From Gekko japonicus (taxonomy: Eukaryota), in the NCBI RefSeq assembly GCF_001447785.1, contig NW_015163678.1, positions 143,410 through 207,409 of the forward strand: a DNA stretch of 64,000 bases, read 5' to 3'. Below the pieces are notes generated by a model that did no database searches, was not told the DNA's origin, and saw only the letters and a list, made by a program, of their open reading frames with translations. A program made the translations under genes and the position numbers. Numbering within the stretch: the first letter of the stretch is position 1; every line of letters begins with the position of its first letter. Below, in pieces: positions 12,134-23,568 of this stretch.

Positions 12134-14109
12134 ATCTCCAGTATGTATGAGTGTGTGTAAATAGCAGCCATGAGATGCCCCAACTTGCACCTGGACTACA
12201 GTGTAGGAGGGGCTCTATCTCCCATTTCCCCCCAAATCAAACAGCTCCTCAGAGTTGATGTATTTGATCTGCACACCTTTTCCTCTCAGTCTCACCACAG
12301 ATCCCAGCCTACATGGCTTCTGTCTATGCAGGTCTTCTGATCCCAACAATTTGTTTGCGGTGTGTGTGTGTGTCAAAAAGGACTCCTCTTCCTTTTTCAC
12401 CAGCAGATAAGGTGGTTGGATCCAACCTGATATTTGCCTCATTTGGAAAACCTGATAGATACCAAAGAGGCAACCTTTATGGTTTTTCCCAGTGTACCAA
12501 ATTCCAGCTCTATGGCAATGCTCTATGTTTAGGCCCAGAAAAATGGCACAGGAAGAAGCAGAGTATTGCTTGGTTGGTCCCCATTTATTTATTATTTATC
12601 TGTTTAAATATTTATACTCCACTTTTGTTTCCAGTGAGGACCCAAAGCATCTTTCTAGATAATCTCATCCTCCTATATTTTATCCTCACAACAGCAACCC
12701 TGTGAAGTAGATTAGAATGAGAGCAAAAGGGAGTGATTGGCCCAAGGTCACCCAGTAAGCTTCTATGGGGATTTGCAGCTACAGTACTGTAACCCCTTCC
12801 CAGGCTGGAAATGTTGTTCTTTTAGTTCTCAGGGTATATCCATAAACAGCCCTTTACTCAGTTTAGATGCTTTCTCCAGGCAGGGACAGACTGTTGTGTG
12901 CATCCTGGGCTTTTCCCCCAGCTCCTGCCATTTTACTGCAGCCCTTTACAGCTCTGGACTCTAAAACCACTTTGAATGTTGAAAGACCCACTGGAGTGGG
13001 ATTCGACAGGATGCAAAGAGATAGGGATCACGGATCTCCCCCTCAAAAAACAAAAACCTAGGAGGAGAAGGGCTGATTCTTGCCCTAACAAATACTGGAA
13101 AGCTCCAAGATAATTAGCATTTCTTGTGCAAACAAATGATGTAATGATTGAGGGTCCAAACTACCAACAATAAATGCTAATCTGGAGTGTCTGGAATCTG
13201 GACACTCAGAAAGGTTAGGAAAACAGGAACTATTTTAAGTCCTTTGAACACAAATTTATATCTCACAAACTGAGTTCATTTTATATGTTTTCAACAATTT
13301 GGAAAATTCCCCTTGCCGTACAAACCATATTGGTTAACCTTATGCATCATTTTGTTGCAAAGTCACATCTAAATGGTGATGAGCTCTTATTTGTCAAGTT
13401 AATTTACCACGAGCACTATAAATCAGCCTGCTTGCCAACATCTGATCCCAAACAGATTTTTCAAATCTTTAGCATCCAGACTGCCAGATTACCCACACAG
13501 ATGCGTTTGTCTTCATCCTGCCTCACTTGTGAGCCAGCGAGCCCGACATTTTCCTCATGACAAAACAAACGCACACCATACACAATGCTCATGAAAATTT
13601 GACTGAAGACCCTTGGGATTCTCCTCTGGCCTGGTTTAGCTCTACAGAATCCCACTTTAAAATGGCCCAGATAATTTGAAGCCATTTGAAAAGCAGACTG
13701 AATATATTCACTGAAAGCAAGCAGCAGAAGGCAAGGCAAAGGGGAAAACACTGACACAATTAATATTAATCTCTCTCTCTCCATAGCTTGCAAAAACTAT
13801 TTTCTCAGATTGATTGTCTTTCATTTGACAATAGTTCAAAAAGCAGAATTAGCAGCAGCTAAGCATTCCAGTTAAACTTAGTGGGAAAATACCAAAACAT
13901 CATACCTGACAAACAAACCCTCCAGGCTCTTCTTAGAACGAAAACTATCTCATCCCACGTGGAGATTTTGTTTCCTTCCATAGAAATACACACTTGTCAC
14001 AGACACACATCCTGACTTGCCAGAGAGCCAGCCTCTTCGGACAGATTACACCAATAAGAAAACCAGGGAACCATGTGGGAAGTGTTTACCTGAATGTCTG
14101 TCACAACCA

Positions 14110-14400
14110 GCATAGGTCATATGAGCCGGAAAATCCGCACTGGAAGGGAAGCATTTTAGAGGCGGAGCTAAAAGAAGCACGGGAGCGCGATCTTACACTC
14201 CCCCGTGGCTCCGTTCTCCCTCTGCCGGCACCCGATCACACTGGGGAGGCAACGGCATAGTCCCAGCGAGGCAACACGGCGGTCCCGCGTTAGTGCGCAT
14301 GCGTGGGTTGTAGACGGCTGCAGGATGCTACGTGGTACCGGCGCATCTGCGATCCCGTGCCCGCTGTTGCTGCGGATATTCCGGTAGGTACTCCCTTTTC
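14110..14400. promoter_or_regulatory. Orphan CpG-rich putative promoter
   Basis: High CpG density, NRF1-type TGCGCATGCGT at 14294-14304, GC-box-like GAGGCGGAGC near 14159, splice donors on both strands (CCG|GTAGGT at 14384 +; CAG|GTAAAC at 14089 -). Confidence 0.55.
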
Positions 14401-14405
14401 CCTAG

Positions 14406-14773
14406 TGTTAAGTCCGCACTTAACAAATTAGTCAGAGAGTGATTTCAGCAAAACTCAGGTTTATTCAGCTCGATGATCAACTTCTCTAACACGGTACAAC
14501 TCCTCATAGCCCGAACAGCTTTTCCATTGCAGCTGCTCGGTATTTAAACATTCCGGGCTAATGTAGCCACACCTACTATACAATTCTCAACCTATCAGGT
14601 TGTTCGCATAATTGCCCAATCACAAGTGTTCCCACCACAGACAGTTCAAATGTGATTGGACACAATACTTTCGGCGCGAATCCTAGCCGACGTCTGAAGC
14701 TTAGCATAGCTTCTCTATGGGATGATTCACACTTCATCCTCATGCATTCAGGGCAGCATCTGAATACATTACA
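14406..14773 (-). mobile_element. Solo LTR (368 bp)
   Basis: TG...CA termini (TGTTAAG...CATTACA). Perfect 5-bp TSD CCTAG at 14401-14405 and 14774-14778. Minus strand carries CCAAT, TTTAAATA (TATA-like, ~14541-14548) and AATAAA (~14460-14465) in LTR order. Confidence 0.85.
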
Positions 14774-15420
14774 CCTAGTACCTTTTCGATTCGCATTTTT
14801 GGCCGGATGCAAAGGGTTAGGGGCGGGTGTGAGATGCTTGCCAGATGTTGGTGTCTGATCACGCCAGTTTGATTCACCCTTAATCCGTCCCCTCCGTGTA
14901 CCTAATTCTCCATGTGACTGGGGCTGTGACTAAGGTTCTGGATTACTTTTGACATCTGTGTTACGCGGCACTCAACAGAGGCGGTTCTGTGAAGCTGCGT
15001 TCAGCTGCTGGATAATGAAAGGGCTTGGGACCAGAGCAAAATATTGACAGGAAACAAAAGTCTGCCTTCGAACTGCCTTTATAATTCTTGGCTCATTCCC
15101 TTTGCTTTTCATCTTTTTGTGTGTGTGCTGTTTCTTATACCCCATCTTTCTCTATGGCTCAAGACAGCTTAAAAAACATAACTACAAGCTTCCAAGTAAC
15201 AGTAGAACCCCAATTCATCCCCCAACACAATAAAATGCCTGCAACTTAAACTCCACAAAAAGCTCTAGCAAATAAAATAGCTGTACAGTGTCTTCTGAAC
15301 ATTTCAAACCCCTCACCTCCTCTGAGTGCCCATTCCATAAAGTAGAAACTATCTCAGAGAAGAAATGGGCCCTTGTCAATACCAGAGAATAACCAGAAGT
15401 GGACAAGCAGAAGAGTTTAA

Positions 15421-15665
15421 TTGGTTGCTGTAGATTTTCCGGGTTGTGTGGCCATGGTCTTGGTATTGTAGAACCTGACGTTTCACCAGTAACTGTGACT
15501 GGCATCCTCAGAGGTATAACACAGAAAGATGGAGTACTCTCTGTGTCAAGGTGAGAAGAAAATGGTAGGCAGGTAATTTATATCTACTCCAGAAGGTGGG
15601 GTAGGGCTGAGTCATTATCTTGTAGGAGTTCCCCAGGCTATGAACATGCTAATAGAGGAGCTTTC
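15421..15665 (-). mobile_element. Penelope-like element 3' end / pseudo-LTR
   Basis: TTGGTTGCTGTAGATTTTCCGGGTTGTGTGGCCATG...CCTGACGTTTC...CATCCTCAGAGG matches the typical squamate Penelope terminus. Confidence 0.75.
15473..15515 (-). ncRNA. Minimal type I hammerhead ribozyme motif (Penelope-associated)
   Basis: Minus strand ACCU-CUGAGGA-U-GCCAGU-CACAGUU-ACUGGU-GAAACGUC-AGGU: intact CUGANGA and GAAA core, 4-bp stem I, 5-bp + GU stem II, palindromic ACGU in place of stem III, GUC cleavage triplet. Confidence 0.75.
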
Positions 15666-17004
15666 CTGAGGAGGTTTAACTTTTCTTTTACCAGCCTTGC
15701 CTTATTTTCCAACTTCTTATTTTTTTGTCCCTGTTTGAGAGTTCAAATGTATTTTTAAAGTGCTTGTGTGCTGAGGCCAAAAGCATAAAGCCCCTACTTA
15801 CTAATTGATATAACACTTTTATGAGACAAAAGGCTTACAGTGCAATCCTATGCGGTTACTCCAGTCTTAGGCCATTGATTTCAATGGCTTGGATCCAGTA
15901 TTGTGCAAGCAGAAACATAAATGGACTCATGCAACACCCAGCGCTTTCCAATCTATATAGTATAGTGCCCAAAAATCAGTTGCAAAAGATCTTGTGTAAG
16001 TAGAAATACAAGAGGGGATACAGTAAGTCTGACTTAATGCAAGTGGCTTTTCCTTGCATTTCAGCTTGTGCAAGAGCTCTAGTACAAATAGAAAATTTGT
16101 GCTGGATCCAACCCAATGGGTTAGACTGTAGTAACTGGGTACTGGATTGCAGTGTTAGAATCTTTACTGGCTTCCCATTTGACAGATCCACGATAGATCG
16201 ATTATTTTGCAGATAAGAGAACTGAGGCTGAGAGAAGATAACAAAAGGGATATGGGGAGTCAAGACTGGGAGCAGGGTTCCCTTCACTTGAACCTGGTTC
16301 TGCTAGATTCTTTTAATTCCCACTCTTTTTGCCTCCCGTAACCCACAGAGCTAAACCTTGCTCCTTTGATAGAGTGTTCCATCTTGTGGCAAAGAATAAA
16401 AATACATGTTCCACTGATAAAATGGAATGTGCAAGGACTCCTTTTGTAAATTCCTTGGAGAATCTTCTTGTTTTCCCTGGGCCTGCAGGGGCATATATGA
16501 TATGTTGTTGTTGTTTTTGTTTGTTCAAAGCACTTGTAGTTTCAGCCAGACTTGGTTCTTAGGTAGCTTATAATAAAACAATTAAAATTCAATAAACAAA
16601 TATAACAGGTAAAATTATACATCTCCCTTATATATAAAAGCCAAATTGTGGCGGCACTTCTCTAGAACATTCCACATGCTCCGGAATTGGTTGGCACCCT
16701 GGTGTGTCACTCAGAATCTGTCCCTATCCACTGGCTGCATTGCTTGAGTCTCGTCTCCAACATTCTAAACAGTTTGCTGTTCCTCCCCCCACATAGCCAG
16801 TCAGAACACAGAGGTTATTTGCATATGCAGCCTCATTGGCCTTTGCCTCGGAACACAGAGGTAGTTTGCATATTTTTATTTATTTATTTAAATTTATAAC
16901 CCGCCCTCCCCGCGAACGGGCTCAGGGCAGCGACTTGATTGTGACTTGATTGGCTTTTGCCTCTAACATTCTAAACAGTTTGCTGTTCTGAGGTAAAATG
17001 TGTC

Positions 17005-17490
17005 CAATCTCCAGGTAAGGGCTGGAGATCACTCAGAATTACAACTGCTTTCCAGATGGCAGAGATCAGTTCCCCTGGAGAAAATGGTGGGCTGTGTATC
17101 CTTATATGCTGCTGAGGTGGCCCCCTTATGACAGCCAATGTGACGTAGCAGTCAGGGCTTCAGAGTACGGGAGAGGCTGCAGGTGTGTGGGGGGTGGAAA
17201 GCTGAAGAGTGAGGGGGAAATAGGGTTGCCAACTCCAGGTGGGAAAGTCCTGGAGATGTGAGGGGTGGAGCCTGGAGAGGGTGAGGTTTCAGGAGGCGTG
17301 GGACCTCGGACAGGTACAAAGCCATAGACTCCACCTTCCAAACCAACCATTCCCTTCTGGGGAACCATCGTTGCCAATCTCCCGGTGAGGGCTGGAGATC
17401 ACTCAAAATTACAACTGTTCCTTAGATAGCAGAGATCAGTTCCTCTGGAGAAAATGGTGGACTCAGTGTCATTATACCGTGCTGAGGTCG
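17005..17490. mobile_element. Cluster of partial copies of the abundant TAGGGTTGCCA-ended MITE family (other copies ~18147-18352, 27020-27200, 47734-47951, 51745-51963, 53818-54012)
   Basis: Shared internal sequence CTGGAGATC...TTACAACTG...AGAGATCAGTTCCCCTGGAGAAAATGG; TAGGGTTGCCA terminus at 17221. Confidence 0.75.
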
Positions 17491-18379
17491 CCACAGCAAA
17501 TTGACACTGAGTGTCCAAGGCCGGGGCATCCGCTCAGAGCCTCTTTCTAGAGGCCATTGTAATTTTTTCCACAACGAGCCTTTTTCTTAGTACCAAGTGG
17601 CAAAAATATTTAATACCATCACAAAAAGCATTTAATAAAAACAAAAATATAAAATACCTTAAACACTGACAGATAAAAGCAGGAGACATAAAAGTGCTTT
17701 TTCTAGCCATATATTCACAATGGGGCCCCACAACTGCAAGTAACTCCCATTGGAAGAAAAAACAGCTGGAACAGGGTCACCAACTCCAAGATGGGAAATT
17801 CTTGAAGAGAAACAATTTCAGGAAGACATGCTGGCAAGCAAGGGTTGCATTTGACTCACTCCCTTGTATACACTTTAAGTCTCCTCCAACCCAGCTTTAT
17901 AGGAGATTGGCCAAGTTGCATTGTGCTGCCATCACTTACATTTGTACCTGAAGTAAGCACTCTTTTGCTTTGTTAAGAAGCTGATTGAAATACTAACAAC
18001 AGCAGGTTGTAAGGGAGACATTTAGGGACCTTTAACAAAGAAAACATTTAGTGCATTTCTCATCCTGTTTTTGTCCCCAGTGGAGACCCAAAATGGCTTA
18101 AAACACCAGTACATTTAAAATACACAAAATACAATGTAAATGAAGTAAGGCTGCCAACTCTAGGAGGATAACTTCCTGGAGATTTGGGGGTGGAGCCTGG
18201 TGAGAGGAGGGTTTGGGAAGGAACCTCAGAGGGGTACAGTGTTATAAAATTCAACCACCAAGGCAGCCATTTTCTCCAGGGAAACTAATCTCTGTGGTCT
18301 GGAGATCAGCTGTAATGCTGGGAGATCTCCAGGCCTCACTTGAAGGTTGGCATAATAAACCCCCATAAAAGAAAACAAA

Positions 18380-18695
18380 GGGTTGGATTCAGCCTAATTT
18401 TTCCATCAGCAGAACTTTCTTGCCTCTCCTGTCCCATTGCAGCATACGGATCTCCATGGAATGCTGCTGCCCTGAGGGATATGGGACCCTGTGGAATGAC
18501 AGGAGCCAGGGGAGTCTGCAATGGAAAAGGGGACTTTGTTGAAATTTTTTGGTTGGTCTGGAATCCATTGGGATTCCAGTGGAATCCAGTGGGAATCCAT
18601 TGGGATTCCAGTGGAGCTGGGGCCAAAAGCCCTTTGGCTCATGTCTTTGTCCATGCCCAGGTTTTAATACCTGCAACAGCTCAGGCTGGATAGCA
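18380..18695. mobile_element. Palindromic MITE-like element with an internal GGAATCCATTGGGATTCCAGT tandem (18561-18613)
   Basis: Left end GGGTTGGATTCAGCC, degenerate right end; related ends near 12413 and 15888-16113. Confidence 0.45.
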
Positions 18696-18971
18696 GCAAA
18701 GGGCTTCAGTGTGGCTCATCTCAGGTTATCATCAGAATTCTTTTGCTCTGCTGATTGAATGAGGAGGATTCATCTTTTAAAAGTTAGGTCTCAGTATTCT
18801 TGGCTGAGACACAGTAAAGTCAGATCAAATTTCATAAATAATTTGCAACATTTACCCTCCCCCAAGAGGTGATGAAACTATAAGAACATCTAATGGTCCT
18901 ATTTGGGCCTGTTCTAAGTGCTCAGAAGGACTGTACAAATTCTGCAGGATTAAGTGGCATTGTTCTAGAAG

Positions 18972-19311
18972 TAGGGTTGCCAAAGGAGAACTCAGCCGCA
19001 GCAGGGGACTCCCGGCTGGCGGCTGGAGCGTGTGCGCACGAAGTACACGCACGCCGCATCCACATCACCCGGAAGTGACGTGGGCATGCCAGGCACACTG
19101 GGGGCGGGGCCACGACCATCCAAGGGAAAACCATAGCGTTTTCCCTTGGATGACCGTGGCCCCACCCCCAGCGTGCCCGGAGTGCCCGCATCACTTCCGG
19201 GCGACGTGCACGTCGAGGTGGAGTTCCCACCGGGGCCCGATCTGCCGCCGACAGGGAATGGGCCTCTGGGGCGGGGGATTCCCCGCCCCCCGGGGGGACT
19301 TGGCAAGCCTA
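18972..19311. mobile_element. CpG-rich hAT-type MITE (340 bp) with a long internal hairpin
   Basis: TIR TAGGGTTGCCAA / TTGGCAAGCCTA; perfect 8-bp TSD TCTAGAAG (18964-18971, 19312-19319). Confidence 0.88.
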
Positions 19312-20737
19312 TCTAGAAGTGATGCAAAAGCTTAGCTGGCCCCATGGAGCCAGTCCTAGAATGGGATTCTAAGTAGAAAAACAGCAGCAACAATTGATGG
19401 ACTGCCTGTCCACCTCACCTACTGCACAGGGTTCTTTTTTGGGGGGGGGGTTAATGGAGAAGGCTGACAAGCCCTGGCTTAAACTCAGTCAGACCATTAG
19501 TCCATCTGTTTTGTTCTCTGTATACACAGGAACACCTGAAGCTGCCTTAGAGTGAATTAAACCATTGGTCTATCAAGGTCAGTACTGTCTACTGCAATTG
19601 GTAGCAGCTCTCCTGGGTCTCAGACGGAGGTCCTTGACATTACCTACTATCTTCTCCCTTTAACTGGAGATGCAGGGGTTTCAACTTGTGACCCTCTTCA
19701 TGCAATGTTGATACTGTACTACTGAGCCATGGCCCCTCCTCTGCTTGACAGCAGCTTCCCAGGGGTCTTCCTACCTGCAATCCTCTAAAGCAGGGGTGTC
19801 GTCGTCAAACTCATTTGTTACGAGGGCTGGATCTGACATAAATATTACTTTATTGGGCCAGGCCATGTGTGCCATAAAATGTAATGCCAGGTACCAGAGA
19901 TATAAACTTTATAAAGGACACAGGCTCTTCCCCCGCCATGTAGTGGCTTCTCCAATCCTCACTGAGCTACTGCCATTCCCCCACACTATTTTACCTCAGC
20001 CTCATAGCCTTGCCCTAGCCGTTTCCTTTCTATTTCTTGACAGCTTTGACCACACACACTTCATCACATGTGCCTGCTCGCCCGGTCCCCCCACAGCAGC
20101 CTCCTGCCTTCCCTCCCTCACACCAGTTGCTTGCAGGTCGGGTAAGAGCCCTGGACGGGCCGGTTCCAGCCCCTGGGTCTTATGTTCGACACCCCTGCTC
20201 TAAAGCATGTGGTCTGCCTCTGATTTATGCCCTTTCTCCTCCAAGCCCTGTTGATGTCAGTGTGTGCTTTTGTGTGTGTGTGTGTGTGTTAACTGCAGTC
20301 AAGTTGCTTCTGACTTGTGGCGACTCTGTGAATTAATAATGTATTTCAAATATCCTAACGTCAACAGCCTTGCTCAGGTCTTGCAAACTGATGGCTCTTT
20401 ACTGAGCCAGTCCATGTCATATCAGGTCTTTCTCTTCCTATTGTTGATGTCAGTGCAACTGGGGAATGGCTCTCCCTCTCTTGTGCTGCAGGTTGGCATC
20501 TCAGGAGCATCTTCTGCTGGACTGGACTGGATTTTGCCTTGAGTCAGCATTAGCAATTTTAGGTAACCAGCATAAATGGACTTGCTAAGTATACATGCTG
20601 GGTGACTATATGGGTCAGTCACATACTCTCAGCCTAACCTACCTCATAGGATTGTTGTAAAGATAAAATGGAGGAGAGAAAAATGATGTAAGCTGCTTTG
20701 GGTCCCCAAGAAAGGCAGGGTATAAATGAAGAAAAGA

Positions 20738-20998
20738 AGATAGTGGATTTATATACTCTGCCCTTCACTACCCAAAGGAGTCTCAAAGCAGCTTACAATC
20801 CCTTTCCCTTCCCCTCCCCACAACAGACCCTGTGAGGTAGGTGGGGCTGAGAGAGCTTTCTCGGGAACTGCCCTTGAGATAATAGCTCTGAAAGAACTTG
20901 TGACTGACTGACACCAGCAGCTGCATATGGAGGAGTGGGGAATCAAACCCAGTTCTCCCAGATTAGAGTCTGCGCTCCTAACCACTACACCAAACTGG
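20738..20998 (-). mobile_element. tRNA-derived SINE with an L2/MIR-like tail (related copies ~25158-25380, 48884-49280)
   Basis: Minus-strand head GCCAGTTTGGTGTAGTGGTTAGGAGCGCAGACTCTAATCTGGGAGAACTGGGTTTGATTCCCC (A/B boxes); shared body with the other copies. Confidence 0.75.
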
Positions 20999-21417
20999 CA
21001 AATAAATCGTTGACTGCATACACAGAAGCTAATAGAAGTCCATTTTCTTTGGTTCGTAATTTGGAAGTCTAGTCTGCCTCCTGCTGCTGTTACTTTTACA
21101 TAGTCTGACAGGTTCCTGGAACAAGGCAGACAGAAGTGATTAGCTGTCTCAACAGATTAAAATGTAAATTCTATTGAAGAAAACAACATACAAAAAATTA
21201 TGCTTCTGTATAATCGGGAGTGATTAAATGTTACTTGTTTCAAAACTAATGCTTCTGTCACTTTCAATTACAGCTTTTGGAGGCTTTATTCCACATCATT
21301 TAATCTCCTTGAATTACTTTTTTGCTCTATTTTCTTACAGGAACCAGTGTACTTAGCACAAGACAAAGCACTCCAAATGATTTTTTAAAAAATCTTGTTC
21401 CTCGTGTACAACAGATT

Positions 21418-21954
21418 TGTAACCAAATCTGCAAGTCACCATCCCATGGGGGTTATAAACTATGAGAAAGAGGGGTGAGGAATGAAGATGAGTTCAGTGT
21501 CTCTCAGCTCATATTGCAAGAGCCAAAGTCACATACATTAAGAATTGTTCACATACCTTGTGTGGCAAGAGAGGGAAAATACAGAAGCTTTTCAAAGCTA
21601 GTTCAGCACAGCAGCTAAGCAGATTAGTGCTGGAAAAAGCAATGCCTGGTGTACAAAGAAGAGAAGAAGAACCAGCAGGGGGCAGCAAGAAGACAATTAG
21701 GTAGGATAGTGAGGTCAGCACCTTCTCTCTTAAGTGTCATTCCTTGTCTGTCTCCAGATTGGTACTCTTAGGGCAAATTCTCCCTTCTTCTCGGAAGTGC
21801 CACTCAATCTTACCCTCTCCCTCAGCTAGAGATGTAGTTAGGAACCTGTCTCTGTCTCTCTGCTTTTCTATCCAGTATATTAATTCCTAAATAAACCTTT
21901 ATCTACTCTTTAATCAGGTTGTGCACTGTTACTGTGTTAATTACTCTGCCAACA
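21418..21954 (+). mobile_element. Possible solo LTR
   Basis: TGTAACC...CTGCCAACA termini, AATAAA near 21890; no matching TSD found. Confidence 0.35.
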
Positions 21955-22599
21955 ATTAGATGTATTCTAGAAGGTGTCCAGTTAAAATCTAACCGCCACC
22001 CCAGCTATAAATTCAGCTAGTCAGGCATATGGAAAAACGGTTTCTGTGTTTTTGTCCTATGATCTCAGATATACTTGGAAAGCTCTCAGAATGTTGCACG
22101 TATCCATTTTTAGCAACATCCGTGATTGGTTTTTTTAAAAATTCCCAGAAAGCACTTGTGCAGTGTGAGCAGATGCACATGTTCATTTGGTGCATAGGTA
22201 GCAAGTGACTGAGAAAGCTAATCTTGCTGAATTTCGAGCAGGGCACTACCATGAGCAATCAGGAGTTTTAGCACTTTAAAGATGAACACAATTTTATTCC
22301 AGTATAAGCTTTTATGCACTGGAAGCCACTTCTTCAGATGCAATAAGTGGATCCTCACTATGTGGTCATTTAAGTTGGGGAATATGAAGGCAAAAAGAGC
22401 AGGATTGTGGGGCCATGACATGCAGGAAGTACTGAGTGAAATGCAATTAAGAGAATTCAAAACTAATCCAGAAAAATACAGAGACCATTCATTGGTTATG
22501 CTAAAACATTCATGAGCTTTACATTTGGAGTAAGAACTGCCGGCAAAAGTGGTCTACTGGAGGTACGGAGCAGCAGAAGTGTGCAAGACCCCGTGGTAA

Positions 22600-23050
22600 G
22601 TAACTTCTTCCTTGATATCAGGAAACATTTGACTAATTGCCTACTTACAGCTGCCAAAACATCCATTGCATATTTATGGAGGCAACAAGTAGTACCATCA
22701 GTAGGCTTGTGGTTTGAAAAAAATTGGGACTTATTAATTATGGGGAAAAATCAATAACGCCCTCCTGCAATCAGACATCTATCCTAGACAGACGACATAT
22801 GAAGCCAAATGGTTCCCCTATATGGAGTATATTAACTCTAACAAGATTCTACCTTCTAACCCTATCTATCAAGATCTCCTTTTATTTTAAAATATATTCC
22901 TCTTTACCTACCTCTCCTCTGCCTCCTTTTAGTCTCGTCCTGATGATATCTGTATCTGAAGCAGATGGAATGTTAAATGGTTTATATGGCATCAAAAAGG
23001 GTAGCGGTTTATTTAATAGTCCAGATAATCATTTACATTTTGATATATTC
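22600..23050 (+). mobile_element. Old L1 3' fragment
   Basis: Encodes LLTAAKTSIAYLWRQQVVPSVGLW, resembling an L1 ORF2 C-terminus. Confidence 0.55.
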
Positions 23051-23568
23051 TGTTATTAGTTGTTATAGAAATGTTAAGTTTTATGTTTTGTATTTGTCTT
23101 GTGTTTGTTTTTTTTTAAATTTAAGTAACTTCTTCTCAAGCAGGCAGTTCTGCATTTCCCCCAAGGCAGGTGCTTGTGAATTGGAGGACATAAAGGAACA
23201 ATAAATGGAACATGGAGGAGGAAATGGAATTGGGGGATATTAGATCTAGAAGGGGTTCCCTGGGTGGAAGGATAACATGGAGCTGGGGTTTGCATGTTAA
23301 TGTCCTCTTTTTGGGTGGCAGAGAATATCCATGCTTGTTGAAGCAACAGCTAATGCTGTTAATGGGGGAAATAATGTGAAGAACTGGTTTCTGCTGATAG
23401 TCACGATGCTACTGAGAAAAGTATACCTGAGAAACTAGTCAAAAATGCAACAACTTTTGCTTGGTAGACATTTTAAGGCATTAACTACCCAGACCTGTAT
23501 TTGGAAGCACTCCTGGTCCAGCTGGGGGTATGATGAACTGTGCTTTGAAAAGCAGTGCTGTAGAAACA

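Noticed and set aside
18561-18613. CRISPR-like palindromic repeats
   Set aside because: No unique spacers, eukaryotic context, inside a MITE-like element.
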